A stretch of 64,000 bases of DNA from Candidatus Magasanikiibacteriota bacterium (GCA_026396515.1 JAPLWQ010000002.1:193230-257229); one strand, 5' to 3'. Shown: positions 9,527 to 18,129, counted from the stretch's first letter. Program-made: numbers and translations. The notes: a model not told the origin generated them from the sequence alone.

Positions 9527-9576
9527 TCTTACCACTATAAATCATTTTCGGCATAAATACCCAAAATGATTTATAG

Positions 9577-9648
9577 AGCAGGTGAGCGGAATCGAACCGC
9601 CATCTTATCCTTGGCAAGGACATATACTAACCATTGTACTACACCTGC
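9577..9648 (-). tRNA. tRNA-Gly(GCC)
   Basis: Acceptor GCAGGTG/CACCTGC, anticodon loop TTGCCAA, T-arm GGCGG-TTCGATT-CCGCT. Confidence 0.85.
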
Positions 9649-9754
9649 AAAAAATAAATATCAATTTGTGCTTAACATTATAGTGTCCAAAGCCTTTTTT
9701 GTCAAGCGCGATGATACCCATAATCTACATAATTTGATATAATAGTAGCATCTT

Positions 9755-12382
9755 ATGAATTTCTATAAGCGTTTCCATAAACGCGAAAAAAAGCCATCTG
9801 ACCCGGCTTGCTATAGTGCAGCCGACCGGCCTTTTTTTACGTTTGCCAAAAAATCATCGCATGAAGTAATGAAAATATTAAAAAGTTCCGCTTCATCCGG
9901 CCTTTCCATTGCACAATCGCATACTCGACTGTTGAAATATGGCCGTAATGAAATTGTCCGGGAAAAACGCCGCTCATGGGTTGTTCTATTGCTAAAGAAC
10001 TTCAAAGACCCCTTAAGCGCTCTCTTAGTCGCTCTCGCCCTGATTTCCTATCTGACGCACGATATGAAGGCAACTATCATGATAGGTATCATGGTAGTAT
10101 TAAGCGTTTTTTTACGCTTCTACCAAGAAATTAAAGCCGACTTTGCGGCGCAAAAATTAAAAGCAATGGTGCGTACTGTGGCGCATGTTGTCCGAAAAAA
10201 TAAAATCAAAAAAATTCCATTTGAACGCTTAGTCCCCGGAGACATTATCCACTTATCGGCCGGAGATATGATCCCGGCCGATGTCCGGCTACTAGAGACA
10301 AACGGCTTGTATATTAATGAAGCTACTCTCACCGGCGAAGCTCTTCCGGCTGAAAAACACTCCCAACCGATTGCCACAGAGGCAAAAACTCCGCTCGAGC
10401 TTAACAATATCTGTTTTTTGGGCACCAATGTCGCCAGTGGTTCGGCAAAGGCCATCGTAATACTTACCGGTAGCCGGACATATTTGGGCTGCCTGGCAGA
10501 AAGTTTGGTGAAGCCGGAACCACCGACCACTTTTGATCTTGGTGTTAAAAAATTTACATGGCTGATAATGGGCTTAATTTTGGTGATGTCACCGGCGGTC
10601 TTTTTGATCAACGGATTTGCCCATCATCAATGGCTTGAAGCATTTTTATTTGCTATGGCTGTGGCAGTGGGGCTCGCTCCGGAAATGCTACCCATGATTG
10701 TCGCGGTTAACCTGTCCAAGGGCGCTTTGGTTATGTCAAAGAAAAAAGTAATTGTAAAACACCTTGATTCAATACAAAATTTTGGCGCCATGGATATTCT
10801 GTGTATGGACAAAACCGGCACTCTCACCGAGGGCAAAGTGGTGCTGGAAAAATATCTCAACATAAAAGGCGAGGAAGAACCGGCAGTGCTTGAATACGCA
10901 TTTTTAAACAGTTTTTTTCAGACTGGGCTAGAGAATCTTTTAGACGCCGCCGTACTTAAGCATAAAGATGTCGGCGTTAAACTAAAAATAAAAAGCGACT
11001 GGAAAAAAATTGATGAAATTCCATTTGATTTTATCAGGCGCCGCATGTCAGTGGTGATGGAAAACAAAGAAGGCGACCATTTATTAATATGTAAAGGAGC
11101 GGTGGAAGAAATTATTTCCCTTTCCTCACATGTCGATATCAACCATCATACGGAAGCATTCCACGCAGATACATATGAAAAACATTTAGGCATTGAGGAC
11201 AAAATGAACGACGGTGGGTTTCGCGTTGTCGGAGTAGCTTACAAAAAAATCCCCAATACTAAAACGAGATACTCTATAGCTGATGAGACAGGCATGACTC
11301 TTGTCGGATTTCTCGCTTTTCTCGACCCGCCCAAAGAAACGGCCAAGGTCTCTCTCAACGAACTGCGCGACAGCGGAATAACGGTGAAACTATTAACCGG
11401 CGATAATGAATTGGTGACCAGAAAAATTTGTCTTGACGTCGGCCTTGAGGCGACAGATATAGTGTTGGGTTCGGAAATTGAGGAAATGTCTGAAGAAGAA
11501 ATTAAAAAAATTGCCATAAAAATTAATATCTTCGCAAAGCTCACGCCAATGCAAAAAGAACAAATCGTTTCCGCTTTGCGCAGTGCCAACCACACTGTCG
11601 GATTTATGGGCGACGGTATAAACGACGCTCCGGCCTTACGTGGAGCGGATGTCGGCATATCAGTGGATACAGCCGTGGATATTGCCAAGGAATCCTCGGA
11701 CATTATTTTGTTGGAAAAGGATCTTTCAGTATTATACGAAGGCGTCCGTGAAGGCAGGCGCATCTTTGGGAACATCACCAAATATATCCAGATGTCGGCC
11801 AGCTCAAATTTTGGCAATATGTTCAGCGTGGTTGGCGGTAGTATTTTTCTTCCTTTTTTGCCGATGTTGCCAATCCAAATATTGGTGAATAATTTATTAT
11901 ACGACCTTTCCCAAACCACCATACCCACGGACAAGGTTGATGAGGAATATTTAAAAAAACCGCGGCAATGGCGTATCGACCATATTCGCCGGTTTATTAT
12001 GTTCATCGGTCCGGTTAGCTCCCTTTTCGATTACGCCACATTTTTTGTAATGCTTTTTGTCTTTAACACATGGCTTCATCCGTCCCTTTTCCAAACCGGC
12101 TGGTTTGTGGAATCGCTATTAAGCCAAACTCTAATTATTCACGTCATCAGAACAAATAAGATTCCCTTTATTCAGAGCCGCGCCTCCTGGCCGTTAATAG
12201 TAAGTACTGTGGGGATTTCGGCAATCGGTGTCGCATTGCCCTACTCTCCATTCGCCTCTTCATTAGGTTTTTCGCCCCTGCCTTTGTGGTATTGGCCAAT
12301 ACTAATCGCCATGTTATTTATTTATTTTTTTCTTACTCAAATGGTCAAGCGCTGGTTTGCAAAAAAGTATAGGATTGAATAG
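9755..12382 (+). CDS. Cation-transporting P-type ATPase (MgtA-like, Mg2+ importer type)
   Basis: 875 aa with DKTGTLT phosphorylation motif, TGES-like actuator, GDGINDAPAL hinge and about 10 TM helices. The true start may be an internal Met. Confidence 0.85.
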   Translation: MNFYKRFHKREKKPSDPACYSAADRPFFTFAKKSSHEVMKILKSSASSGLSIAQSHTRLLKYGRNEIVREKRRSWVVLLLKNFKDPLSALLVALALISYLTHDMKATIMIGIMVVLSVFLRFYQEIKADFAAQKLKAMVRTVAHVVRKNKIKKIPFERLVPGDIIHLSAGDMIPADVRLLETNGLYINEATLTGEALPAEKHSQPIATEAKTPLELNNICFLGTNVASGSAKAIVILTGSRTYLGCLAESLVKPEPPTTFDLGVKKFTWLIMGLILVMSPAVFLINGFAHHQWLEAFLFAMAVAVGLAPEMLPMIVAVNLSKGALVMSKKKVIVKHLDSIQNFGAMDILCMDKTGTLTEGKVVLEKYLNIKGEEEPAVLEYAFLNSFFQTGLENLLDAAVLKHKDVGVKLKIKSDWKKIDEIPFDFIRRRMSVVMENKEGDHLLICKGAVEEIISLSSHVDINHHTEAFHADTYEKHLGIEDKMNDGGFRVVGVAYKKIPNTKTRYSIADETGMTLVGFLAFLDPPKETAKVSLNELRDSGITVKLLTGDNELVTRKICLDVGLEATDIVLGSEIEEMSEEEIKKIAIKINIFAKLTPMQKEQIVSALRSANHTVGFMGDGINDAPALRGADVGISVDTAVDIAKESSDIILLEKDLSVLYEGVREGRRIFGNITKYIQMSASSNFGNMFSVVGGSIFLPFLPMLPIQILVNNLLYDLSQTTIPTDKVDEEYLKKPRQWRIDHIRRFIMFIGPVSSLFDYATFFVMLFVFNTWLHPSLFQTGWFVESLLSQTLIIHVIRTNKIPFIQSRASWPLIVSTVGISAIGVALPYSPFASSLGFSPLPLWYWPILIAMLFIYFFLTQMVKRWFAKKYRIE

Positions 12383-12417
12383 GCGTATTTGTTCGTTCTG
12401 CCTCTTCACCTAAGAAA

Positions 12418-12449
12418 ACAAAAACCGCCAAAGGCGGATTTTGTTTTTG
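12418..12449 (+). terminator. Intrinsic terminator after the ATPase gene
   Basis: AAAAACCGCC-AAA-GGCGGATTTTGTTTTT. Confidence 0.6.
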
Positions 12450-12498
12450 AGCTCCTTGGTAATAGACATTAGAACTATTTTGAGAGATAATTGCTGAC

Positions 12499-12538
12499 CT
12501 TATACCCTGTAGGACATTCACAATGTTCACAAGTTCAC
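12499..12538 (+). repeat. TTCAC-triplet motif, copy A
   Basis: CTTATACCCTGTAGgacaTTCACAATGTTCACAAGTTCAC. Near-identical copies at 14563-14602 and 62556-62596 in the same orientation. Confidence 0.7.
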
Positions 12539-12648
12539 GCCGTAGATTACTGTACCCAGACTTCAAACCACCCGGTAGGGGATATTAGGAGGTGGTTTGA
12601 TACTATTAAGGTAATTATGTGGCCAGCGATGGTGTAGAATTTTATATT

Positions 12649-13182
12649 CTATTTTTGGTTAAAGTTGTTTCTCATATACTGTGGCATTTCTATCGATATA
12701 TCTTCGACCATCCTTTTGGTCTTTTCTGCTACGGTATAAAACTGTTCCACTTTCAAAAAATGTTCCTTTAACTCCATTGTACATTCTTCAATAGTATTAT
12801 TAACGTAAGGTCGAAAAACTTCTGCGCTATCATTTAATTTCTGCACATCTTTACAGTCCCTGTCACTTTCAAAAAGCATTGCTGGAATTTTAGATTTTGT
12901 GAGCGATGCGGCGGTAGTTCGATGGTTACCGTCCAGTGCAAAATATTTTACTTGTGGGTGACTTTTTTCAAAATCCTTAAATTTTTTCTTAACTTTTTCG
13001 TCGAAAACAGCAGTCACCAACTCTTTAGGTAACACAATCACTCTGGCGATAATGTTAGCACAGCCTTTTTGAAAAATTCTAAAATACAATTTTAAAATTA
13101 CACCATCACCTTCCAATAAGTCGTGAATTGGATAGTCAATCATTGTCACAATTTCATTATCTGCTATTTCTAATAGTTTCAT
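12649..13182 (-). CDS. ParB/Srx-fold (ParB-like nuclease domain) protein
   Basis: 177 aa. YFALDGNHRTTAA...KIPAML resembles the ParB N-terminal/sulfiredoxin-fold DGHHR motif. Confidence 0.45.
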   Translation of the reverse strand: MKLLEIADNEIVTMIDYPIHDLLEGDGVILKLYFRIFQKGCANIIARVIVLPKELVTAVFDEKVKKKFKDFEKSHPQVKYFALDGNHRTTAASLTKSKIPAMLFESDRDCKDVQKLNDSAEVFRPYVNNTIEECTMELKEHFLKVEQFYTVAEKTKRMVEDISIEMPQYMRNNFNQK

Positions 13183-13397
13183 AAGAAATGTTTAATACCA
13201 TCATTCTAGCAAATTGTGGTTAAAAAAACTAGATGGGTTCGATTTCTCCTTGGGTCTTAACAAAAAACCCCGCTGTTTAAGCGAAGTTTTTCGGTGAGCT
13301 CGGTGGTAAATGATGTTAGAACTTGTTTGTGTCTGAATTGAAAGTTTAAACCCCTTGGGCAGGGATATTCGGCAGTAGTTTGAAGGCTTAAGCGGAT

Positions 13398-14480
13398 TTA
13401 AGGTCCTACCTTAGTTAAATATTCATGAAATTGACCGCTGGCTCCACCCAAACAAAATTCTAATTCATATGAATTTCCGCCCTTTAAAGGCCTATACGCA
13501 TATTGAAAATTGGTCGGGCAATTTCCGTCATTCGGTAAGGGAGTGCTGGGAATTTGTTGTAGATATACTACACCATCATTCGATAACTGTTTACCTATTT
13601 CTATTTTTTCCGGATACTTTCCATTATCTGTATAATACAGCTCAAGAGCAGTTTGTATCACTTTTATATCGCTAACTCTTTTGTGATCCCGGATTGCAGA
13701 TTCATCAATTACTACAGGTACTACGGGCTCTTTAGTTTGTATCGATTCAACCACAATGTCGGAATAAAATCTAAAAGTATTGTTTTTTTCTGCTCCCACT
13801 TTCCACGTTACATCATCGTATACAGGCTTACCATTTGATACTGGAATATTACACAATTTATTTATCTGAGTAGCGTAATCGGCATCAACCACAGGGATGC
13901 TCATACCTTTATCAATTGAAATCTCTACTAGAGTTTTATAATTTTTTTCTACATTAAAACCTGCGCCCTTAATATATTCATTAGCCTTTTTATGCAGTCT
14001 GTTACACTCATTAAAATCTATTTCTTTTATTCCATCGCAGCAACCATTATATTCAATATCGCAATGATCAGGATATTTTGCAGGCATGATATTGTCCGGT
14101 ATCTCATATTCATTCCCGGAGAAAATTATCTCCTTACTACCCATAAAATTTTTAATCTGGTTAATTTGCGATTGGCCAAGCTGAGTTATAAAATAAAATG
14201 TATTCCGCTCAGGATATGAAGGCATTTCTCTGAAAATTTTTCCATTCTGGCAAAAAATAAAGCGTTCTTCAGCTAATAACAACAACGGTTCTTTATCAGA
14301 GATTACGTATTTTTGTGGTGCGACGCAGTCAATTTCTTTGTTGTTCTCATCCACACAGACATTTAAATTATTGTATTCGGAGCTATTTAAGTCACTACGC
14401 CATTGAAAAAACTTAAATGTCCCAACAGAGGCAGCGATGAAAATAATTATCAAGATTACCGGCAATAATATTTTTTTCAT
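13398..14480 (-). CDS. Secreted Cys-rich protein with C-terminal pseudopilin (GspG-like) domain
   Basis: N-terminal signal/anchor helix but no G|FTLIE prepilin motif. C-terminus TALELYYTDNGKYPE...LSNDGVVYLQQIP...CPTNFQYAYRP resembles type II secretion/type IV pseudopilin globular domains. At least 12 Cys. Confidence 0.4.
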   Translation of the reverse strand: MKKILLPVILIIIFIAASVGTFKFFQWRSDLNSSEYNNLNVCVDENNKEIDCVAPQKYVISDKEPLLLLAEERFIFCQNGKIFREMPSYPERNTFYFITQLGQSQINQIKNFMGSKEIIFSGNEYEIPDNIMPAKYPDHCDIEYNGCCDGIKEIDFNECNRLHKKANEYIKGAGFNVEKNYKTLVEISIDKGMSIPVVDADYATQINKLCNIPVSNGKPVYDDVTWKVGAEKNNTFRFYSDIVVESIQTKEPVVPVVIDESAIRDHKRVSDIKVIQTALELYYTDNGKYPEKIEIGKQLSNDGVVYLQQIPSTPLPNDGNCPTNFQYAYRPLKGGNSYELEFCLGGASGQFHEYLTKVGP

Positions 14481-14562
14481 ACGTAATGTTCAAAAATAAA
14501 GTAGTATGTACTTCCGTATAAGACAATTCTATCATTGCTTGGATATAAAAACAACGACATTA

Positions 14563-14602
14563 AGGCCGCTGTCTTATACCCTGTAGAACGTTCACAATGT
14601 TC
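14563..14602 (+). repeat. TTCAC-triplet motif, copy B
   Basis: CTTATACCCTGTAGaacgTTCACAATGTTCACAAGTTCAC. Directly abuts a 16-nt duplicate of the tRNA-Gly(TCC) 3' end (GAGCGGGCAACGGGAA, 14604-14620). Confidence 0.7.
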
Positions 14603-14615
14603 ACAAGTTCACCCG

Positions 14616-14746
14616 AGCGGGCAACGGGAAATCTCACGCGGCGCTACGCGCCTTTCACGAAAGGGCTTCCGCCCTCTCGTGAACTCTCCCCCACAATAGC
14701 GGGAAAACCGCCAAGCAGTTTTCCCAAACCCTTTCGGTTCGATTCC
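14616..14746 (+). repeat. tRNA-associated structured element, copy 3
   Basis: GGGAAATCTCAC...GGTTCGATTCCC termini. Three hairpins (GCGGCGC-TAC-GCGCC, CACGAAAGGGC-TTC-CGCCCTCTCGTG, GGGAAAAC-CGCCAAGCA-GTTTTCCC) with compensatory changes versus copies 1 and 2. Confidence 0.6.
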
Positions 14747-14794
14747 CGTCCGATATAATAAAATAATCCCACGGATTCGGGATTATTTTATTAG

Positions 14795-14866
14795 AGCGGG
14801 CAACGGGAATCGAACCCGTATCACCAGTTTGGAAAACTGGAATAATAGCCGTTATATTATGCCCGC
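14795..14866 (-). tRNA. tRNA-Gly(TCC)
   Basis: Acceptor GCGGGCA/TGCCCGC, anticodon loop TTTCCAA, T-arm ACGGG-TTCGATT-CCCGT, discriminator T. Confidence 0.85.
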
Positions 14867-15035
14867 AACGAGTGGAAACCGAGAATAAATTCTCGGTTTT
14901 CCGAGCAAGGGCATTATATACCTAAGTATATTATGCCCGCGAAATTGACATATGAATTGTGGTGATATCTTACAAAAATACTTCCGATTAGTCAATATTC
15001 AACAATAGTAAATAATTTGATATAATGATACTAAT

Positions 15036-15329
15036 ATGATTGAAATCATCTTAACCCCAATTCACTGGGCTGTGATTATTTACCTCACCACCATCAACCT
15101 GGTCACTTTCTTTGTTTATGGCCTTGATAAGGCAAAATCCGGAGTTTCAGGCGCAAGACGTATCAGCGAAAAGACACTGCTCATCATCGCCCTCATCGGT
15201 GGCTCTTTAGGCGCACTCGCCGGAATGAAAGTCTTTCGTCACAAGACAAAAAAGCTTGGTTTCCAGGCACCACTGGCCGTAATATTGTGCCTCCAAATAT
15301 TTCTTGTCTGGTTTTTATTTTTCCGCTAA
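15036..15329 (+). CDS. DUF1294-family small membrane protein
   Basis: 97 aa, GLDKAKSGVSGARRISEKTLLIIALIGGSLGALAGMKVFRHKTKK. Confidence 0.55.
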   Translation: MIEIILTPIHWAVIIYLTTINLVTFFVYGLDKAKSGVSGARRISEKTLLIIALIGGSLGALAGMKVFRHKTKKLGFQAPLAVILCLQIFLVWFLFFR

Positions 15330-15413
15330 ATTATTATTGACAACTTCTTATTTCCATGTTAATATGCTGGAAAAATTTATTTAATATATATTTTTTAAGT
15401 TTTTATACAAACT

Positions 15414-15650
15414 ATGGCAACCAATAATATTGACGAGTTGAACAATGAAAATGATGGCTTAGCCGAAGACAAAAATGAAGAAATGGTGGGATTCCACGAG
15501 ACAGTCGGCGAGGAAAGCGAAGACGAGGACGAAGAAGAAAGTGGCGACGAAATTGATGACTTAGATGAAGATAAGGACGGGGTAGAGGTGAAGAAAACGA
15601 AAGTGGAAGAAGATGACGACGATGACGATAATGCCAAAAATGATTGGTAA
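15414..15650 (+). CDS. Highly acidic small protein (poly-D/E)
   Basis: 78 aa, more than 45% D/E. TTGACA...TAATAT promoter at 15337-15365 and a terminator at 15658-15688. The antisense poly-Ser ORF is a mirror artefact. Confidence 0.4.
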   Translation: MATNNIDELNNENDGLAEDKNEEMVGFHETVGEESEDEDEEESGDEIDDLDEDKDGVEVKKTKVEEDDDDDDNAKNDW

Positions 15651-15657
15651 ATTCAAA

Positions 15658-15688
15658 CCGCCCCGATAAAAATCGGGGCGGTTTTTTA
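15658..15688. terminator. Bidirectional intrinsic terminator between the acidic ORF and efp
   Basis: CCGCCCCGAT-AAAAA-TCGGGGCGG flanked by A/T runs on both sides. Confidence 0.6.
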
Positions 15689-15701
15689 TTTATAAGATTA
15701 T

Positions 15702-16262
15702 TTACGCCCTGGCCGAATATTCACCGGTTTCAGTATTTACCAAAATCTCTTCGCCTTCTTTGATAAAAATCGGAGCAGCAATATGCAAGCCGTTTTCCAA
15801 CACCACTTCTTTGGTCACATTGCCCGAAGCGCTGTCGCCCTTCACCGCCGGCGGGGCTTCCATCACCTTGTACTGAACTTTCTTCGGGAGTTGTATGCTG
15901 ACCGGCCGGCCTTCATACATGCCAACAATCACTTCCAAACCCTCTTTCAAATATTTGGCATCGTCGCCAGCTAGGTCGCCATTCATTTCAATCTGCTCAT
16001 AGCTTTGCATATTCATGAAAGCATAATTGTCGCCGGTTTTATAAAGATACTGCATGGTCATGAAATCAACTGAAACAATATCCACCGATTCTACGGTCTT
16101 GTAAGTAATCTCCATGGCTTTGCCGGTGCCAAGCGATTTCATGCGTGTGCGCACAAAAGCCGCGCCCTTACCCGGGTTAACATGTTGAAATTCAACTACA
16201 ACAAATAAGTCGTTTTGATGGCGGATGACCACGCCTTTGCGGATTTCGGATGTGGAAGCCAT
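15702..16262 (-). CDS. efp: Elongation factor P
   Basis: 186 aa, MASTSEIRKG...VNPGKGAAFVRTRMK with the conserved loop Lys in PGKG. Confidence 0.9.
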   Translation of the reverse strand: MASTSEIRKGVVIRHQNDLFVVVEFQHVNPGKGAAFVRTRMKSLGTGKAMEITYKTVESVDIVSVDFMTMQYLYKTGDNYAFMNMQSYEQIEMNGDLAGDDAKYLKEGLEVIVGMYEGRPVSIQLPKKVQYKVMEAPPAVKGDSASGNVTKEVVLENGLHIAAPIFIKEGEEILVNTETGEYSARA

Positions 16263-16369
16263 ATATAATTATTATTTTGGGAACAGCGGGATTTTAGCGA
16301 AAATTATCAGGTTTGTCAACTCTTGCGAACCAGATTCCTGTTAAGGAATATCAAAGATCCTTCGCTTCA

Positions 16370-17404
16370 TCAGGATGACAGCTGGTCGCCCACGGCCTGA
16401 AAAATCACCTCATTAATATCTTTCGCCCCGGTAAAAAGCATTATCATGCGATCAACGCCCAGAGCAATACCGCCTGCATTCGGAATACCGGATTCTAGGG
16501 CTGAGATAAAATCAGAATCAACCGGCCAAGTTTCTTTGCCCATTTGCGCACGTTTTTCTCTATCCGCTTCCAGTCGTTTTTTCTGTTCGACCGCATCAGT
16601 CAATTCGCCAAAGGCATTAGCCATCTCCAACCCGGCAATGTAAAGTTCAAACCGCTCGGCATAGCGCGGGTCATTTTTTGACAAGCGCGAAAGCGATGTC
16701 ATCTGCTCCGGATAGTCATAAATCATTATCGGTTTTTGCATCCCGAGTTTAGGTTCTATCTCATTTAAAAATATTTTGTAAAATAAATCTTCAAACGCCT
16801 CTTTTTCTTCTACAGCGTACCCGCGCGCCTTCACCAACTCAGCCATTTTTTCACTGGTCAGATAATCATTCAATTCAACATCCGAATATTTTTTCCATAC
16901 CTCGCGCATACTCAATCTCTCCCACTCACCAAAAATCGGCACAACATGATCTTTTGACTTTAGACTTTCAACTTTCAACCCGGTGGCCACATATTTAAAT
17001 AATCTCTCTGTGTCATCCATAATTTCCTCAAGTGTACCTGACGCACGGTACCATTCAATCATGGTAAACTCCGTATTATGATTTCCGCCAAACTGTTCGA
17101 AATCTCGAAAACATTTACAAATCTGAAATATTTTTTCATAACCGACGGCCAATAATTTTTTCATGGCAAACTCCGGCGATGTCTGCAGATAGAATTTGTT
17201 CACAATACCATTCGGATCATGAAACAAGACCGGGATCGGATTCAAATAAGGCTCCTGACCGGGCAGGCGCACGGCCACCGGTGTTTCCGCTTCCTGAAAA
17301 TTTTCAGACCAAAAAAACTCGCGTATCAGACGAGTTATCTCTAAACGCTTTTTAAATATTTCGTTTAGGCGCGGATTATTTTTTAAGTCAGACCATTTGG
17401 ACAT
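16370..17404 (-). CDS. epmA: EF-P (R)-beta-lysine ligase EpmA (PoxA/GenX, class II LysRS paralogue)
   Basis: 344 aa with FTMIEWY, RFELYIAGLEMANAFGELTD and GIALGVDRMIMLFTG class II synthetase motifs. Adjacent to efp. Confidence 0.8.
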   Translation of the reverse strand: MSKWSDLKNNPRLNEIFKKRLEITRLIREFFWSENFQEAETPVAVRLPGQEPYLNPIPVLFHDPNGIVNKFYLQTSPEFAMKKLLAVGYEKIFQICKCFRDFEQFGGNHNTEFTMIEWYRASGTLEEIMDDTERLFKYVATGLKVESLKSKDHVVPIFGEWERLSMREVWKKYSDVELNDYLTSEKMAELVKARGYAVEEKEAFEDLFYKIFLNEIEPKLGMQKPIMIYDYPEQMTSLSRLSKNDPRYAERFELYIAGLEMANAFGELTDAVEQKKRLEADREKRAQMGKETWPVDSDFISALESGIPNAGGIALGVDRMIMLFTGAKDINEVIFQAVGDQLSS

Positions 17405-17439
17405 ATTATCAAATTACCCCGCTGGCGCGGGGTAATTTT

Positions 17440-17664
17440 TTACTTTGGTATGAAAGACATGAGCGAGGCTTGTCGCGCGCGCTTAATCGCGCTCGCTACC
17501 TGGCGCTGATGTTTGGCGCAAAGTCCGCTGCGTCGGCGCGGAGCAATCTTCATATACGAAGAAACAAACCGGCGAAGATTAATAATATCTTTATAATCCA
17601 CCGCTGTCTTATTATTCACGCAGTAGTGGCAGGCCTTGCTAACCTGTACTTTCGTGGAATTCAT
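17440..17664 (-). CDS. rpsR: 30S ribosomal protein S18
   Basis: CHYC...VDYKD...LRRFVS...RRSGLCAKHQR. The start is moved to MNSTKV so it does not overlap ssb; the track ORF begins at 17706. Confidence 0.8.
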   Translation of the reverse strand: MNSTKVQVSKACHYCVNNKTAVDYKDIINLRRFVSSYMKIAPRRRSGLCAKHQRQVASAIKRARQASLMSFIPK

Positions 17665-17686
17665 AATTTGCACAACTATATATTGA

Positions 17687-18121
17687 TTAAAATGGAATAT
17701 CCTCAACTTTTATCTCTTCTTCAGCCACTTCTCCCGGCGCTTCTTCTGCTGTCGTCGGCGCACTTCCCGCGCCAGACCATTCACCGCCGCCCTGTTTGGC
17801 TGAAAGCATAATCATATTTTCTCCGATTATTTCAGTTCGGTATCTTTTCACACCGTCCTGTCCGGTCCATTCGCGGGTCTGCATTCGGCCCTCCACGTAC
17901 ACCTTTTGGCCCTTTTTCAAATACTGGCCGGCGATCTCGGCGAGTTTCGCCCAAAATACCACATTATGAAACTCGGCTTGTTTTTGTTTTTGGCCATTGG
18001 CGTCTGTCCAGACACGATTGGTGGCTACACTAAAAGATGCCACTGACTTACCATTCGGCGTTGTGCGCACTTCCGGATCGCGGGTCATATTGCCGATGAT
18101 CATCACTTTATTCAAGTCCAT
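17687..18121 (-). CDS. ssb: Single-stranded DNA-binding protein
   Basis: OB-fold sequence MDLNKVMIIGNMTRDPEVR... and the acidic C-terminal tail ending DIPF. Confidence 0.9.
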   Translation of the reverse strand: MDLNKVMIIGNMTRDPEVRTTPNGKSVASFSVATNRVWTDANGQKQKQAEFHNVVFWAKLAEIAGQYLKKGQKVYVEGRMQTREWTGQDGVKRYRTEIIGENMIMLSAKQGGGEWSGAGSAPTTAEEAPGEVAEEEIKVEDIPF

Positions 18122-18129
18122 ATATTTTA

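Noticed and set aside
9323-9556. 77-aa plus-strand ORF
   Set aside because: It lies entirely over tRNA-Met, the structured repeat element and their flanks, and has no coding signal.
11239-12006. 255-aa minus-strand ORF
   Set aside because: It is a shadow ORF fully inside the P-type ATPase gene, which has unambiguous motifs on the plus strand.
15395-15637. Poly-Ser 80-aa ORF on the minus strand
   Set aside because: It is the mirror image of the plus-strand acidic ORF (GAA/GAC repeats read antisense). The plus strand has the promoter and terminator.
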